Assembly: GCA_965203175.1 (NCBI GenBank) | Contig: OZ241867.1 | Coordinates: 3,296,001-3,360,000, forward strand | Length of the DNA stretch: 64,000 bases | Reading direction: 5' to 3' | Source of the DNA: Candidatus Latescibacterota bacterium | GTDB lineage: Bacteria > Latescibacterota > UBA2968 > UBA8231 | Notes under the pieces: model-generated | What the model saw: the letters and a program-made list of their open reading frames with translations, nothing else | The model's database searches: none | What the model was told of the DNA's origin: nothing | Program-made: the position numbers and the translations under genes | In this document: positions 27,776-36,424 of the stretch, piece after piece | Layout: each line of letters opens with the position of its first letter | Numbering within the stretch: position 1 is the first letter of the stretch

Positions 27776-29854
27776 ATGCGCTGCATGCTCTTTGCAATTC
27801 TACTGTTGGTCGCTCCGCGCGGCGTAGTTGCCCTAACGTGGGATTTCGACGACGGCATCACTTGGGGCTGGACCGCCCGGGAAGGTTTTCATAGCAATAC
27901 AAGAAGCGGTTTTGAACTACTACAGAGCGAAGTCATCGATGGGGTCTGGCGCATCGCGCCCGTGCCCGGTCGCAGACCCACCGTTCAATTGTGTTCACCG
28001 TTGATCGGGGAGGACTCGGCCCTGTTCGACCGCCTCACCCTACGGCTGCGCCTCATACACCATAGTCCCACCGAAGAACAATTCGCGATGTACTGGTCCA
28101 ATGCTGTGAGCCGCCCTGACTCTGACACAAAAGGAGTATTTGGTACGGGACGGCAGCAATCCTATCCCCTTGAATGGGAAGAAATCACCATAGACCTACG
28201 CGCCTTGGCAGAAGCAGACACAGAATGGGCGATCACCTGGCAGGATACTCTTTTTAATTTTTCTCTAGACATGCTGTTATATCGAGACTCTCAGGATGTG
28301 GACAACCACCCAAAGTTTTTAGAAATAGACTGGATCCAGCTTATAGGAGCCGAAGAGTTGGCGCAGGGAGAATTGTCGCCTCGGGATCTCGGTGTGGAGT
28401 TGGAGCCGCCCGGCACGCTGTTCGCCGACCCCGACTTTTTCCCGCTCGGAGAGGGCATCGGCACCCCAAACTATCGGCGAGCATCGCAAGGTGCGGTGGG
28501 CGACGTAGACGGCGATGGCGATGCGGATCTCGTGGTGGCCTGGAACCGCCTTGTGGACCGCGGCAGAGAACTGGGCTGGACCGTGGCGTCCAACGACGGG
28601 CTAGGCGGCTTTGAACCCACCCAAGAAGTCCCCCTTTTAACCACATTTGACTTTCCATTCATGGATCTCTGGGGAAGCGACTTCGACGACGATGGACTCC
28701 TAGATCTGGTCGTTGCCGAAAGCGGAATCGTCGAACTGTGGTACAACTGGGGCGACGGCTTTGATCTCACCCTGCAACTGTCCGATGTCTGGCCCATTGG
28801 CTTAGCCGATGGCGACGGTGACGGCGATACGGACCTGTTGGTCTGGGAGTACGACGCGTTGTCCCGAAAAGTGATTCTGTGGATTAACGACGGCTACGAG
28901 TTTGTCCGCGGTGAGGAATTTGTCCTCGGCAGCGAAGAGCATCTCCTTGCCTACCTACCCGCCGGGCAACCCTTAGGCGAAGCTGCGAGCCTGTTGTGGC
29001 ACCAGCCGCAGGGGCCTTGGCAACTGACCCGGCCGTGGGCCGCCAGCCAAGAACCACTGCGCTCTTTCGAAGCCGGGGTCAATCCCTATGCCCTGCACTT
29101 ACTGGCAGATCTCGACGGCAATGGGATGGTGGACCTACTCGGCTCCCCTGAGAGCATAGATAGGTTCGGTGAAACCGACTACTACGGCTTGGCTCTGTGG
29201 CGTCTGGACGCTTCCGGCGGGATGGCACGCCATTACTTGCTCGCCTGGAAGGCGTTCATAGCGCACGAAGCCACCGCCAGCGACCTCAACGGCGATGGCG
29301 TGCTGGATTTGGCTATGGTCGCTGGCAACTTGACCATCGGTCGTCCAGCTCTATTGGTGTGGCTCGGCCAGCGCAACGGCGCACCCGTCTTCGAAGGCTA
29401 TTACCCCTTATCCGGCGAGGGCAATCAGGTCCTCGCCAGCGATGTCAACGGCGATGGCGACCTCGATCTGGTCGTGCTGGGAACGAATCCGATAAGTGGT
29501 CTCGGCGGCGTCTTCGTCTTGATCAACCAAGGCAGCTCGGCCACCGCCGTAGCGGCCGAGGTGGCCACGCCAACTACCTTTGCTTTAGGTGCCAACTATC
29601 CCAATCCGTTCAATCCCGCCACAACCATCCCCTTGACCGTGCCCGCTGGAGCCAAAAACGTGGACTTAACTATCTACAATGTCTTGGGGCAGCCGCTGCG
29701 TCGAGTGTGGACGGGTTCTCTGCCTGCCGGCGAGCATCGGCTGACTTGGGATGGCCGGGATGCGCAAGGCCGACCTGTCGCCACTGGGGTCTATGTGTAT
29801 CGGTTGCAGGTGGACGAGCAGACGCGCACCCGCAAAATGGTTAAACTTGAATAG
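27776..29854 (+). CDS. Secreted FG-GAP/VCBS-repeat protein with C-terminal T9SS type A-like/FlgD-Ig domain
   Basis: SD GGAGGT, signal peptide, multiple GDVDGDGDADL repeats, NYPNPFNP...WDGRDAQGRPVATGVYVY. Confidence 0.88.
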   Translation: MRCMLFAILLLVAPRGVVALTWDFDDGITWGWTAREGFHSNTRSGFELLQSEVIDGVWRIAPVPGRRPTVQLCSPLIGEDSALFDRLTLRLRLIHHSPTEEQFAMYWSNAVSRPDSDTKGVFGTGRQQSYPLEWEEITIDLRALAEADTEWAITWQDTLFNFSLDMLLYRDSQDVDNHPKFLEIDWIQLIGAEELAQGELSPRDLGVELEPPGTLFADPDFFPLGEGIGTPNYRRASQGAVGDVDGDGDADLVVAWNRLVDRGRELGWTVASNDGLGGFEPTQEVPLLTTFDFPFMDLWGSDFDDDGLLDLVVAESGIVELWYNWGDGFDLTLQLSDVWPIGLADGDGDGDTDLLVWEYDALSRKVILWINDGYEFVRGEEFVLGSEEHLLAYLPAGQPLGEAASLLWHQPQGPWQLTRPWAASQEPLRSFEAGVNPYALHLLADLDGNGMVDLLGSPESIDRFGETDYYGLALWRLDASGGMARHYLLAWKAFIAHEATASDLNGDGVLDLAMVAGNLTIGRPALLVWLGQRNGAPVFEGYYPLSGEGNQVLASDVNGDGDLDLVVLGTNPISGLGGVFVLINQGSSATAVAAEVATPTTFALGANYPNPFNPATTIPLTVPAGAKNVDLTIYNVLGQPLRRVWTGSLPAGEHRLTWDGRDAQGRPVATGVYVYRLQVDEQTRTRKMVKLE

Positions 29855-29912
29855 GCGATAGGGCTTGGAGATGGGGAGCTAACCTCACGACCACAAACTT
29901 TGGAGGTATATT

Positions 29913-32048
29913 ATGCGCCGCGTTCTCTTTGCAATGTTGTTGGTGGCTGCTCCACACGGAGTCTCTGATTTAACGTGGGATTTTTCTGCGGGCTGGGCGG
30001 CACAGGAGAGTTCCGCAACGACTGCCATGGTGAGTAGCGAAATCGTGACGTCGAGTGCTCGTCTGGACGCAGACAGTACTCAGAGCCAGCCGTCGGTTGT
30101 GATCATCACCGGCGAAGTCCAGAATCCTCGCTCGCGAAAAATCACATTTAGATACGAATCGCCGTCGGCGCTGGAAAGCTCCGAGCAGCGCGTTGCACTC
30201 GACAGCTTGGATCGCTTCGCCTTCGAACTGCCTGTCGTCCGGGGGACCTTCGTCAGTGGGTATTTCGAAGGCGGGCAGCCAAGATGGGAATGGGTGCAGT
30301 GGTTAGGATCGTTCCTTTTCGAGCGCAGATCCCTGGCTCTTTTCGTCGAACCCGGCGATAGTCTGCACGTGGCCGTGGAGGAGGGCTTTTTCGCTTCTTC
30401 CTATTCGTTCAGCGGCTCCAACGCGGACAACAGCCGCTTCACTTCTGAGTGGATCCCGCAATTCTACTCCTTACGCCTCGACCGCGACGCATACAAGGGT
30501 CTGGGGATCGAGGATTTCAAGGACCTAATGGAACAGTGGCGACGGGATCAGTTCGAGTTCTTGGCCGAGGAGCGCGAGCAATACGCGCTGTCTTCAGGGT
30601 GCGTCGACTATGTGACGAACTACGTCAACTACGAGTGGGCCCTTAGGATGGTTGATTACCCGTCGCGTTACCAGTTTGCCAACGGACGAGAGAACAGAGA
30701 CATCACCCCGGAGTACTACGACTTCCTGCAGGAATTTCCCCTAGTGGACGAAAAGGCCATAGGCATAGGCCATTATCGCTGGTTTCTGGAACGAGCCTTG
30801 GACCGTGACCATGACGATGACCATAGCCCCAAGCTGTCTAAGATGTATGATCTATCGGGTTTGGAGTTGTCGGAGGAGACCCACGCGCAACTCGACTCCC
30901 TGTACGAAAAAGACGGCCGACAGCCCGTGCTATCGAAAATGGTCGATTTGTCGGCGTTTGGTGTTGCGGAAAGCGCTCAATCGCAACTGGACTCCCTGTA
31001 CGAAAAAGAGGGCCGATGGCTCAAGCTTTCCGAGCGGTACGATTTGTCGGCGTTTGGCGTTGCGGAAAGCGCTCAATCGCAACTCGACTCCCTGTACGAA
31101 AAGTCCGATAGGTCCCTCAACTTCTACTGGTTCAGTGAGGAAGAAAAGCCTAAGGCGGATACGACGGGCGGGGAGTTGGTGCTCCACATACCTTCTGGAG
31201 TGCGGTTGGATTCCCTAGCCAAAGAGCCGCCCAAGCTATCGGCGAAGATGGATCTATCGATTTTGAAGCTGTCGGAAGCCGCTCAGGCTCAGCTCGACTC
31301 GATGTACGAACATCGTCAACCGCTCGGGCTGTCGGCGAAGATTGATCTATCGGGATTGGGGCTGTCGGAAGCTGCTCAGGCCCAACTCGACTCGATCTAT
31401 GCCGGAAAAGGACATTGGTTTGGGTCTAGATACAATCTGGCCAAAGAAAAACTCGAAGGGAGAGTGCTCTACTGGTTTTTAGCCGGAGAGTTGATCAATA
31501 CGCTCAAGCGCGGTAGCAGTGAAGCCTTTGCGTGGGCCCAGCACAAGTGGGAAGAGTTCCAAGAGGTCAACCCGTATCCGGAATACAATGAGGCCGTGCT
31601 AGTGGCTCTTGCTGCCGCCCTGAAGCTACAACCCGGAGAACCCGCACCCGACTTCACGCTCGACGACCTCGACGGTCAGCCCGTATCGCTGAGCCAGTTC
31701 AAGGGGAAAGTGGTTCTGCTCGATTTCTGGGCGAGTTGGTGCGGGCCGTGTATCAACGACCTACCCTATCTCCGAGAAGTCAAGAAAAAGACGTCTGACT
31801 GGCCGGTCGTCTTCCTCAACATATCGCTGGACGCGGATGATGCTGCTTGGCGAGAGGCGATTGATGAACACGAGATCAAAGGCGTCCACGTGCGCGCGGA
31901 CGGCTGGGGCGCAGAGGTAGCCAAAACCTACCAAGTGATGGGCATCCCTTCGTATTATTTGGTGGACTCACAAGGGCTGATCGTAGAGAATCATGGCCTA
32001 AGGGGGGATGCAGACACGACGGTAGCGACGATCGAGGAGAGTTTGTGA
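29913..32048 (+). CDS. Exported TlpA/ResA-family thiol-disulfide oxidoreductase with long repeat-containing N-extension
   Basis: APDFTL...VLLDFWASWCGPC and GIPSYYLVD motifs; signal peptide; SD GGAGGT. Confidence 0.88.
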   Translation: MRRVLFAMLLVAAPHGVSDLTWDFSAGWAAQESSATTAMVSSEIVTSSARLDADSTQSQPSVVIITGEVQNPRSRKITFRYESPSALESSEQRVALDSLDRFAFELPVVRGTFVSGYFEGGQPRWEWVQWLGSFLFERRSLALFVEPGDSLHVAVEEGFFASSYSFSGSNADNSRFTSEWIPQFYSLRLDRDAYKGLGIEDFKDLMEQWRRDQFEFLAEEREQYALSSGCVDYVTNYVNYEWALRMVDYPSRYQFANGRENRDITPEYYDFLQEFPLVDEKAIGIGHYRWFLERALDRDHDDDHSPKLSKMYDLSGLELSEETHAQLDSLYEKDGRQPVLSKMVDLSAFGVAESAQSQLDSLYEKEGRWLKLSERYDLSAFGVAESAQSQLDSLYEKSDRSLNFYWFSEEEKPKADTTGGELVLHIPSGVRLDSLAKEPPKLSAKMDLSILKLSEAAQAQLDSMYEHRQPLGLSAKIDLSGLGLSEAAQAQLDSIYAGKGHWFGSRYNLAKEKLEGRVLYWFLAGELINTLKRGSSEAFAWAQHKWEEFQEVNPYPEYNEAVLVALAAALKLQPGEPAPDFTLDDLDGQPVSLSQFKGKVVLLDFWASWCGPCINDLPYLREVKKKTSDWPVVFLNISLDADDAAWREAIDEHEIKGVHVRADGWGAEVAKTYQVMGIPSYYLVDSQGLIVENHGLRGDADTTVATIEESL
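30828..31400 (+). repeat. Five roughly 32-aa (96-bp) coding repeats LSxxxDLSxxxLSExAQAQLDSLYE
   Basis: Units 2 and 3 are nearly identical in DNA (GATTTGTCGGCGTTTGG.GTTGCGGAAAGCGCTCAATCGCAACT). Confidence 0.85.
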
Positions 32049-32212
32049 GAAGCCGTAGTGAGATGCTCGACAGAATCGTCCCACTCCTACTTGCCTTGGC
32101 GCTAGCACACAAAATCCAATAGCACCAATTCTCTGGAAGCGCATTATGCGTGACATTCTCTTGGCGATTTGATGTTGGCGGCCCCACGCGGGGTGTTTTC
32201 CTGTGAGGTAAT

Positions 32213-33331
32213 ATGATTGATTATCCGCTTCAGAACGGTCTCGTCCAGGCAAGTGCTCCGGTCGAAGTGGGCCAGGACACCGGCCATTTTTGGTTTCCGT
32301 CTCTGCACCAAGTCGGCGACGACGCGCTGATCTGCGCCTGCATTCGCTCCGCTGACATCGCGCAGGGGAAGTGGCCAGCCGATCTTTTTGTGAGCTATGA
32401 TGCTGGTAGTAGCTGGCACCCGGATCAGCGTATCGACTCGTACGGCCATACCTCCGTCCGGGATGCGTCGAGCACGTTGATGATGCCGTACGAGCAATGG
32501 CCGCAAGCGCCGGGAGACCGGCAAAATTGCGTTGCTCCGGGCAACGTTCTGACGATGGTCGATGGTGCGCTCGTAGTCGAACCTCGGGACGTGCGGGTCT
32601 GCAATTTTCCGCGCCCGCTCGCCGATTATCACGAAGATGTATTGCGGCTTCAGCACAACGGCAACATCTTGCGCCTTGAGGATGGGAACCTGTTGGCGAC
32701 GATGTACGGAAAGTTCGACGGGGAAGAAGGCTATAACACGTTCGCCGTAGTCAGCGACGACGGCGGCTTTTCGTGGACGTACCGCAGTACTGTCGCTGGC
32801 CCGGATGCCGCGCCCGGCGCGCCCGAAGGTCCTAACGAATCCAACACCCTGCGGCTGGACAACGGCGACCTGCTGTGCGTCTATCGCGTCGGCAGTAGGT
32901 GGGACTTTCACAAGAGCGTCAGCGCGGATGAAGGCCGGACGTGGTCGCCGTCGGTGCGGATGGAGGGGATGGCCTCGGTGCAGCCAAGGCTAGCTCGGTT
33001 GGGCAATGGCGCGATAGTGCTGACCGGTGGCCGTCCGGGTCTGTTCTTTTGGCTCTGCGCCGATGGACAGGGCGAAAAATGGGAGCGGGTAAATCTAGGG
33101 GTGCATCACAATCGACTGGTCGAGCCGAATGCGGGTTTTTCAGACGCCTTCTGCAACGCGCAGGCCGGAGAGGACCCCGCCATGAGTACGTCGTACACCG
33201 CGCTGATGCCTTGGGGAGCCGATGGGTTGATCGTGGCCTACGACCGCTTGGCCAACGGCTGGGCTGGTGCCCCAGGGCCGAACGGGGACGTCGATCGGGT
33301 ATTTAGCTTATCAGTAGCAATTTCCATCTAA
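32213..33331 (+). CDS. BNR/Asp-box repeat (sialidase-fold) protein
   Basis: SYDAGSSW, SDDGGFSW and SADEGRTW boxes; FWFP in place of RIP. Confidence 0.78.
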   Translation: MIDYPLQNGLVQASAPVEVGQDTGHFWFPSLHQVGDDALICACIRSADIAQGKWPADLFVSYDAGSSWHPDQRIDSYGHTSVRDASSTLMMPYEQWPQAPGDRQNCVAPGNVLTMVDGALVVEPRDVRVCNFPRPLADYHEDVLRLQHNGNILRLEDGNLLATMYGKFDGEEGYNTFAVVSDDGGFSWTYRSTVAGPDAAPGAPEGPNESNTLRLDNGDLLCVYRVGSRWDFHKSVSADEGRTWSPSVRMEGMASVQPRLARLGNGAIVLTGGRPGLFFWLCADGQGEKWERVNLGVHHNRLVEPNAGFSDAFCNAQAGEDPAMSTSYTALMPWGADGLIVAYDRLANGWAGAPGPNGDVDRVFSLSVAISI

Positions 33332-33346
33332 AAGAAAGGACCGGCC

Positions 33347-34837
33347 ATGCCCCGGCAAACGCCCAATATCATCTACATCCTCGCCGACGACATGGGATAC
33401 GGCGATATGGGATGCAACAACTCCGGCTGCAAAATTCCCACGCCCCACCTCGACCGCCTCGCTGCCCAGGGGATGCGCTTTACCGACGCCCATGCCTCCT
33501 CCAGCGTCTGCTCACCCAGCCGCTACGCCCTGCTTACGGGGCGCTATTGCTGGCGCACTCCGCTCAAGAGCAGCGTCCTGTGGCCCTGGGATCCGCCCTT
33601 GATAGAAGCCGATCGCCCCACAGTAGCCAAGCTGCTGCGCCAGCAGGGCTACCGCACCGCCTGCATCGGCAAGTGGCACCTCGGCTGGGAATGGGCGACC
33701 AAGGACGGCAAACCAGCCTACGGCGACGAGTCCATCGGCCGCCTCAACCGCGAGCAGCGCCAAGCCCTGGAGCGCAATATTGACTACAGTAAACCCATCG
33801 GCGGAGGCCCCCTAGCCTGTGGCTTTGACTCTTACTTTGGCGTCGATGTGCCTAACTTCCCGCCCTACACTTGGTTTGAGCAGGACCGGCTGGCCGCGGC
33901 CCCGACCGAGCAAAAACCCGAGGAGATGTTCGGCCTGCCCGGGGCCATGAAGCCGGACTGGAAATTGGAGGACATGGTCCCTGAATTCGTCCGCCGCGCC
34001 CGCGCTTACATCGCCGAAGCTGGCTCTGATCCCTTTTTCCTCTACCTGCCGCTGACCTCGCCGCACACGCCGATTGTTCCCAACCAGGACTTCATCGGTC
34101 GCAGCGGGGCGGGTCTGTATGGCGATTTTGTCTGCGAAGTTGATTGGGTGGTCGGGGAAATTATGGCCGCGCTCGACGCGCAAGGGCTAACCGACGACAC
34201 GCTGCTCATCTTCACCAGCGACAACGGCCCCGAGTGCAGCCGAGCTGCGGCTGGCGGCTGCTACGAGCACGTGCGTCAATTCGGGCACTACAGCATGGCC
34301 CATTTGCGCGGCGCCAAGCGCGACACTTGGGAAGGTGGCCACCGCGTGCCCTTTGTCGCTCGCTGGCCTGGGGTTACGCCGGCCGGATCGGTCTGTGACC
34401 AGCTCGCTTTGTTGGGCGATTTTATGGCCACTTGCGCCCAGTTGACCGGAGTCCAGTTGCCCTCGGGAGCAGCCGAGGACAGCATTAGCATATTGCCCTT
34501 GTTGCAGGGTCAGGTTGACGCGCCGGTGCGCCGCTCGGCCGTACACCACAGTTGCGCGGGCCGCTTTGCCCTGCGCCAAGACGACTGGGTCTTTATCGAC
34601 GCCCCTTCCGGCGACGACAACCGCGAGCCGGATTGGTTTAAGGCGGAGCGGGGTTATAGCGACCACGATTTTCCTGGGGAACTGTTCAACCTCAAAGACG
34701 ATATCGCCGAGCGGCAGAATTTGTACGGCCAGCACCCGGATATGGTGCACAGCATGTCGCGCCGCCTAGAGAAAATCAAAGTCCAAGGAGAAGCGCTGGC
34801 CGGTCCTTACGACGAGACGCTGGAGGAATCGGAGTAG
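33347..34837 (+). CDS. Formylglycine-dependent sulfatase (arylsulfatase A-like)
   Basis: PNIIYILADDMG, CSPSRYALLTG, GKWHLG, SDNG and EGGHRVP motifs. Confidence 0.93.
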   Translation: MPRQTPNIIYILADDMGYGDMGCNNSGCKIPTPHLDRLAAQGMRFTDAHASSSVCSPSRYALLTGRYCWRTPLKSSVLWPWDPPLIEADRPTVAKLLRQQGYRTACIGKWHLGWEWATKDGKPAYGDESIGRLNREQRQALERNIDYSKPIGGGPLACGFDSYFGVDVPNFPPYTWFEQDRLAAAPTEQKPEEMFGLPGAMKPDWKLEDMVPEFVRRARAYIAEAGSDPFFLYLPLTSPHTPIVPNQDFIGRSGAGLYGDFVCEVDWVVGEIMAALDAQGLTDDTLLIFTSDNGPECSRAAAGGCYEHVRQFGHYSMAHLRGAKRDTWEGGHRVPFVARWPGVTPAGSVCDQLALLGDFMATCAQLTGVQLPSGAAEDSISILPLLQGQVDAPVRRSAVHHSCAGRFALRQDDWVFIDAPSGDDNREPDWFKAERGYSDHDFPGELFNLKDDIAERQNLYGQHPDMVHSMSRRLEKIKVQGEALAGPYDETLEESE

Positions 34838-36348
34838 AGAGGTGTAAAGCGGTACGCAAAGTCGCTGTATGGCGCAGCGAATGTATAGGCTCCCGGCTGT
34901 GCGGTCCCAATGGGGACGATTTTCATGTTCCACGTATCGACGGCGTCGATTTTATACGGTTGATTTCCCGACAATTCGAGGGTTATCGTCTGTGGGTCGG
35001 TGGTGTAAACGAGATAGTATTCCCCAGGTTTGGCGAGGACATACCGCCCGCTGTCGTCGCCAATCGGTTCGAGCGCATCAAATGCTGGCGCGTCTGCCAT
35101 AAACGATTTGAGGAATGCTATGCGCTTGGGGCTGTCGCCGTGCAGCACGCCGCCTTTTGCCCACCAGAGTAGGTCTTCGGGGTGTTTGTACGTTTCCCCG
35201 TGCCCGACGTAGCAACCGGAAACAGTCCCCGCCCAAAAGTGTTGCACCATCTGCCGTGCGCTGATATTTCCCCATCCTTGCGGAATGTCGCCCTCGTAGC
35301 GGCACTCGTCGTAAATCACGGGTTTTTTGTATTGGCTGAGATAGCGGATGCCGTGTTCCATATTGGAGGTTTGAATACTGGTGTGCGTTACCCACGGCTT
35401 GCTGTGGTCGTACCAGCGCCGCCCATTGTGAATCCCGCGCAATCGCTGATACGGGTCGTGGTCGCGGATGATTTGGAAAAATCGATCCCAGTCTGATTCT
35501 TCCTTTGCTGGCATGAAGTCGTATTCATTGGCCAGCGACCACCACACATTGCGGAAAGCGGCTAACCGCGCGACGGCGTAGCGGATGTAGCGGTCGTCAC
35601 TGGCCGCGTCCATGTTTTCGAAATCCCAGCGATCGTAGGTGTGAAACAGGATTAAATCGGCTTCAATACCAAGCTGCAAAAGGTCGAGCACGCGCTGCTC
35701 AAAGTGACGCCAGAACTCGGGATTAAATCGCGTGAAGTCCCAATTTTTCAGCGGCGAGCCTTCGAACGGATAGTACACCGGCTCGTTTTTGTTGTACACG
35801 TAATCTTTGGGGAAGATGCACATCCGCAGCTTGTTGAACGGTGCATTGGCGAGGGTTTGGAGCGTCTGTTCCTCCATGGCCTCTCCTTGATGCGCCCAAG
35901 CGTAACAGGTTGTCCCGAATTGGTGATACGGTGTTCCGTTGGCATACTGGAAGTAGAAGTCGTTGTGAATGCGCACGGGTCCGTGATTGTCTGCGGATGG
36001 TGCAATGCACGTAAACTGGCCGGTCTTGCCGTCGAGGGCGGCGTGGTTGCTTTTTGTGATATACGTCCATTCGCCGACCTCATCGGGCATAAAGCGAATT
36101 TTGTACACGCCGTCTCCATCGTAAAATCCGTGCGGCTCAAAGACGCGACCGTTTAGTGCAAATTCTGCTGTTAATTCGACATCGACGAATGGATTGCCCG
36201 TCTCCGGGCCGGTTAGTGTGAGTTCATACATGCCCCAGCGTTCGACCATGTTTATCTCCAAGTCTTGTGTAGATTCAGCGGAAGCTACGCCCAGCGAGAA
36301 GATAGCCATGAGAATCACCACCTGTAAAACTCGTCGGACTATTGGCAC
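34807..36348 (-). CDS. DUF5060/DUF4038/DUF5605-type putative glycoside hydrolase
   Basis: Signal peptide, GNPFVDV, GTTCYAW, PFNKLRM, WWSLANEYD and DECRYEG motifs. Confidence 0.8.
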   Translation of the reverse strand: MPIVRRVLQVVILMAIFSLGVASAESTQDLEINMVERWGMYELTLTGPETGNPFVDVELTAEFALNGRVFEPHGFYDGDGVYKIRFMPDEVGEWTYITKSNHAALDGKTGQFTCIAPSADNHGPVRIHNDFYFQYANGTPYHQFGTTCYAWAHQGEAMEEQTLQTLANAPFNKLRMCIFPKDYVYNKNEPVYYPFEGSPLKNWDFTRFNPEFWRHFEQRVLDLLQLGIEADLILFHTYDRWDFENMDAASDDRYIRYAVARLAAFRNVWWSLANEYDFMPAKEESDWDRFFQIIRDHDPYQRLRGIHNGRRWYDHSKPWVTHTSIQTSNMEHGIRYLSQYKKPVIYDECRYEGDIPQGWGNISARQMVQHFWAGTVSGCYVGHGETYKHPEDLLWWAKGGVLHGDSPKRIAFLKSFMADAPAFDALEPIGDDSGRYVLAKPGEYYLVYTTDPQTITLELSGNQPYKIDAVDTWNMKIVPIGTAQPGAYTFAAPYSDFAYRFTPLYSDSSSVSS

Positions 36349-36387
36349 CTTTTATCTCCCTCAAATGCAAACATTATTGCAAATTTC

Positions 36388-36422
36388 TTTACAAAATAGG
36401 ATTCTAAGTTCTATATTGTAAA
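36388..36422 (+). promoter_or_regulatory. Promoter inside an inverted repeat; probably leaderless transcript
   Basis: TTTACA-18-TATATT ends 7 nt before ATG 36425; arms TTTACAAAATAG / CTATATTGTAAA; no SD. Confidence 0.5.
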
Positions 36423-36424
36423 AA

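Noticed and set aside
32144-32911. 255-aa minus-strand ORF
   Set aside because: Antisense to the BNR protein, with no motifs; typical high-GC shadow ORF.
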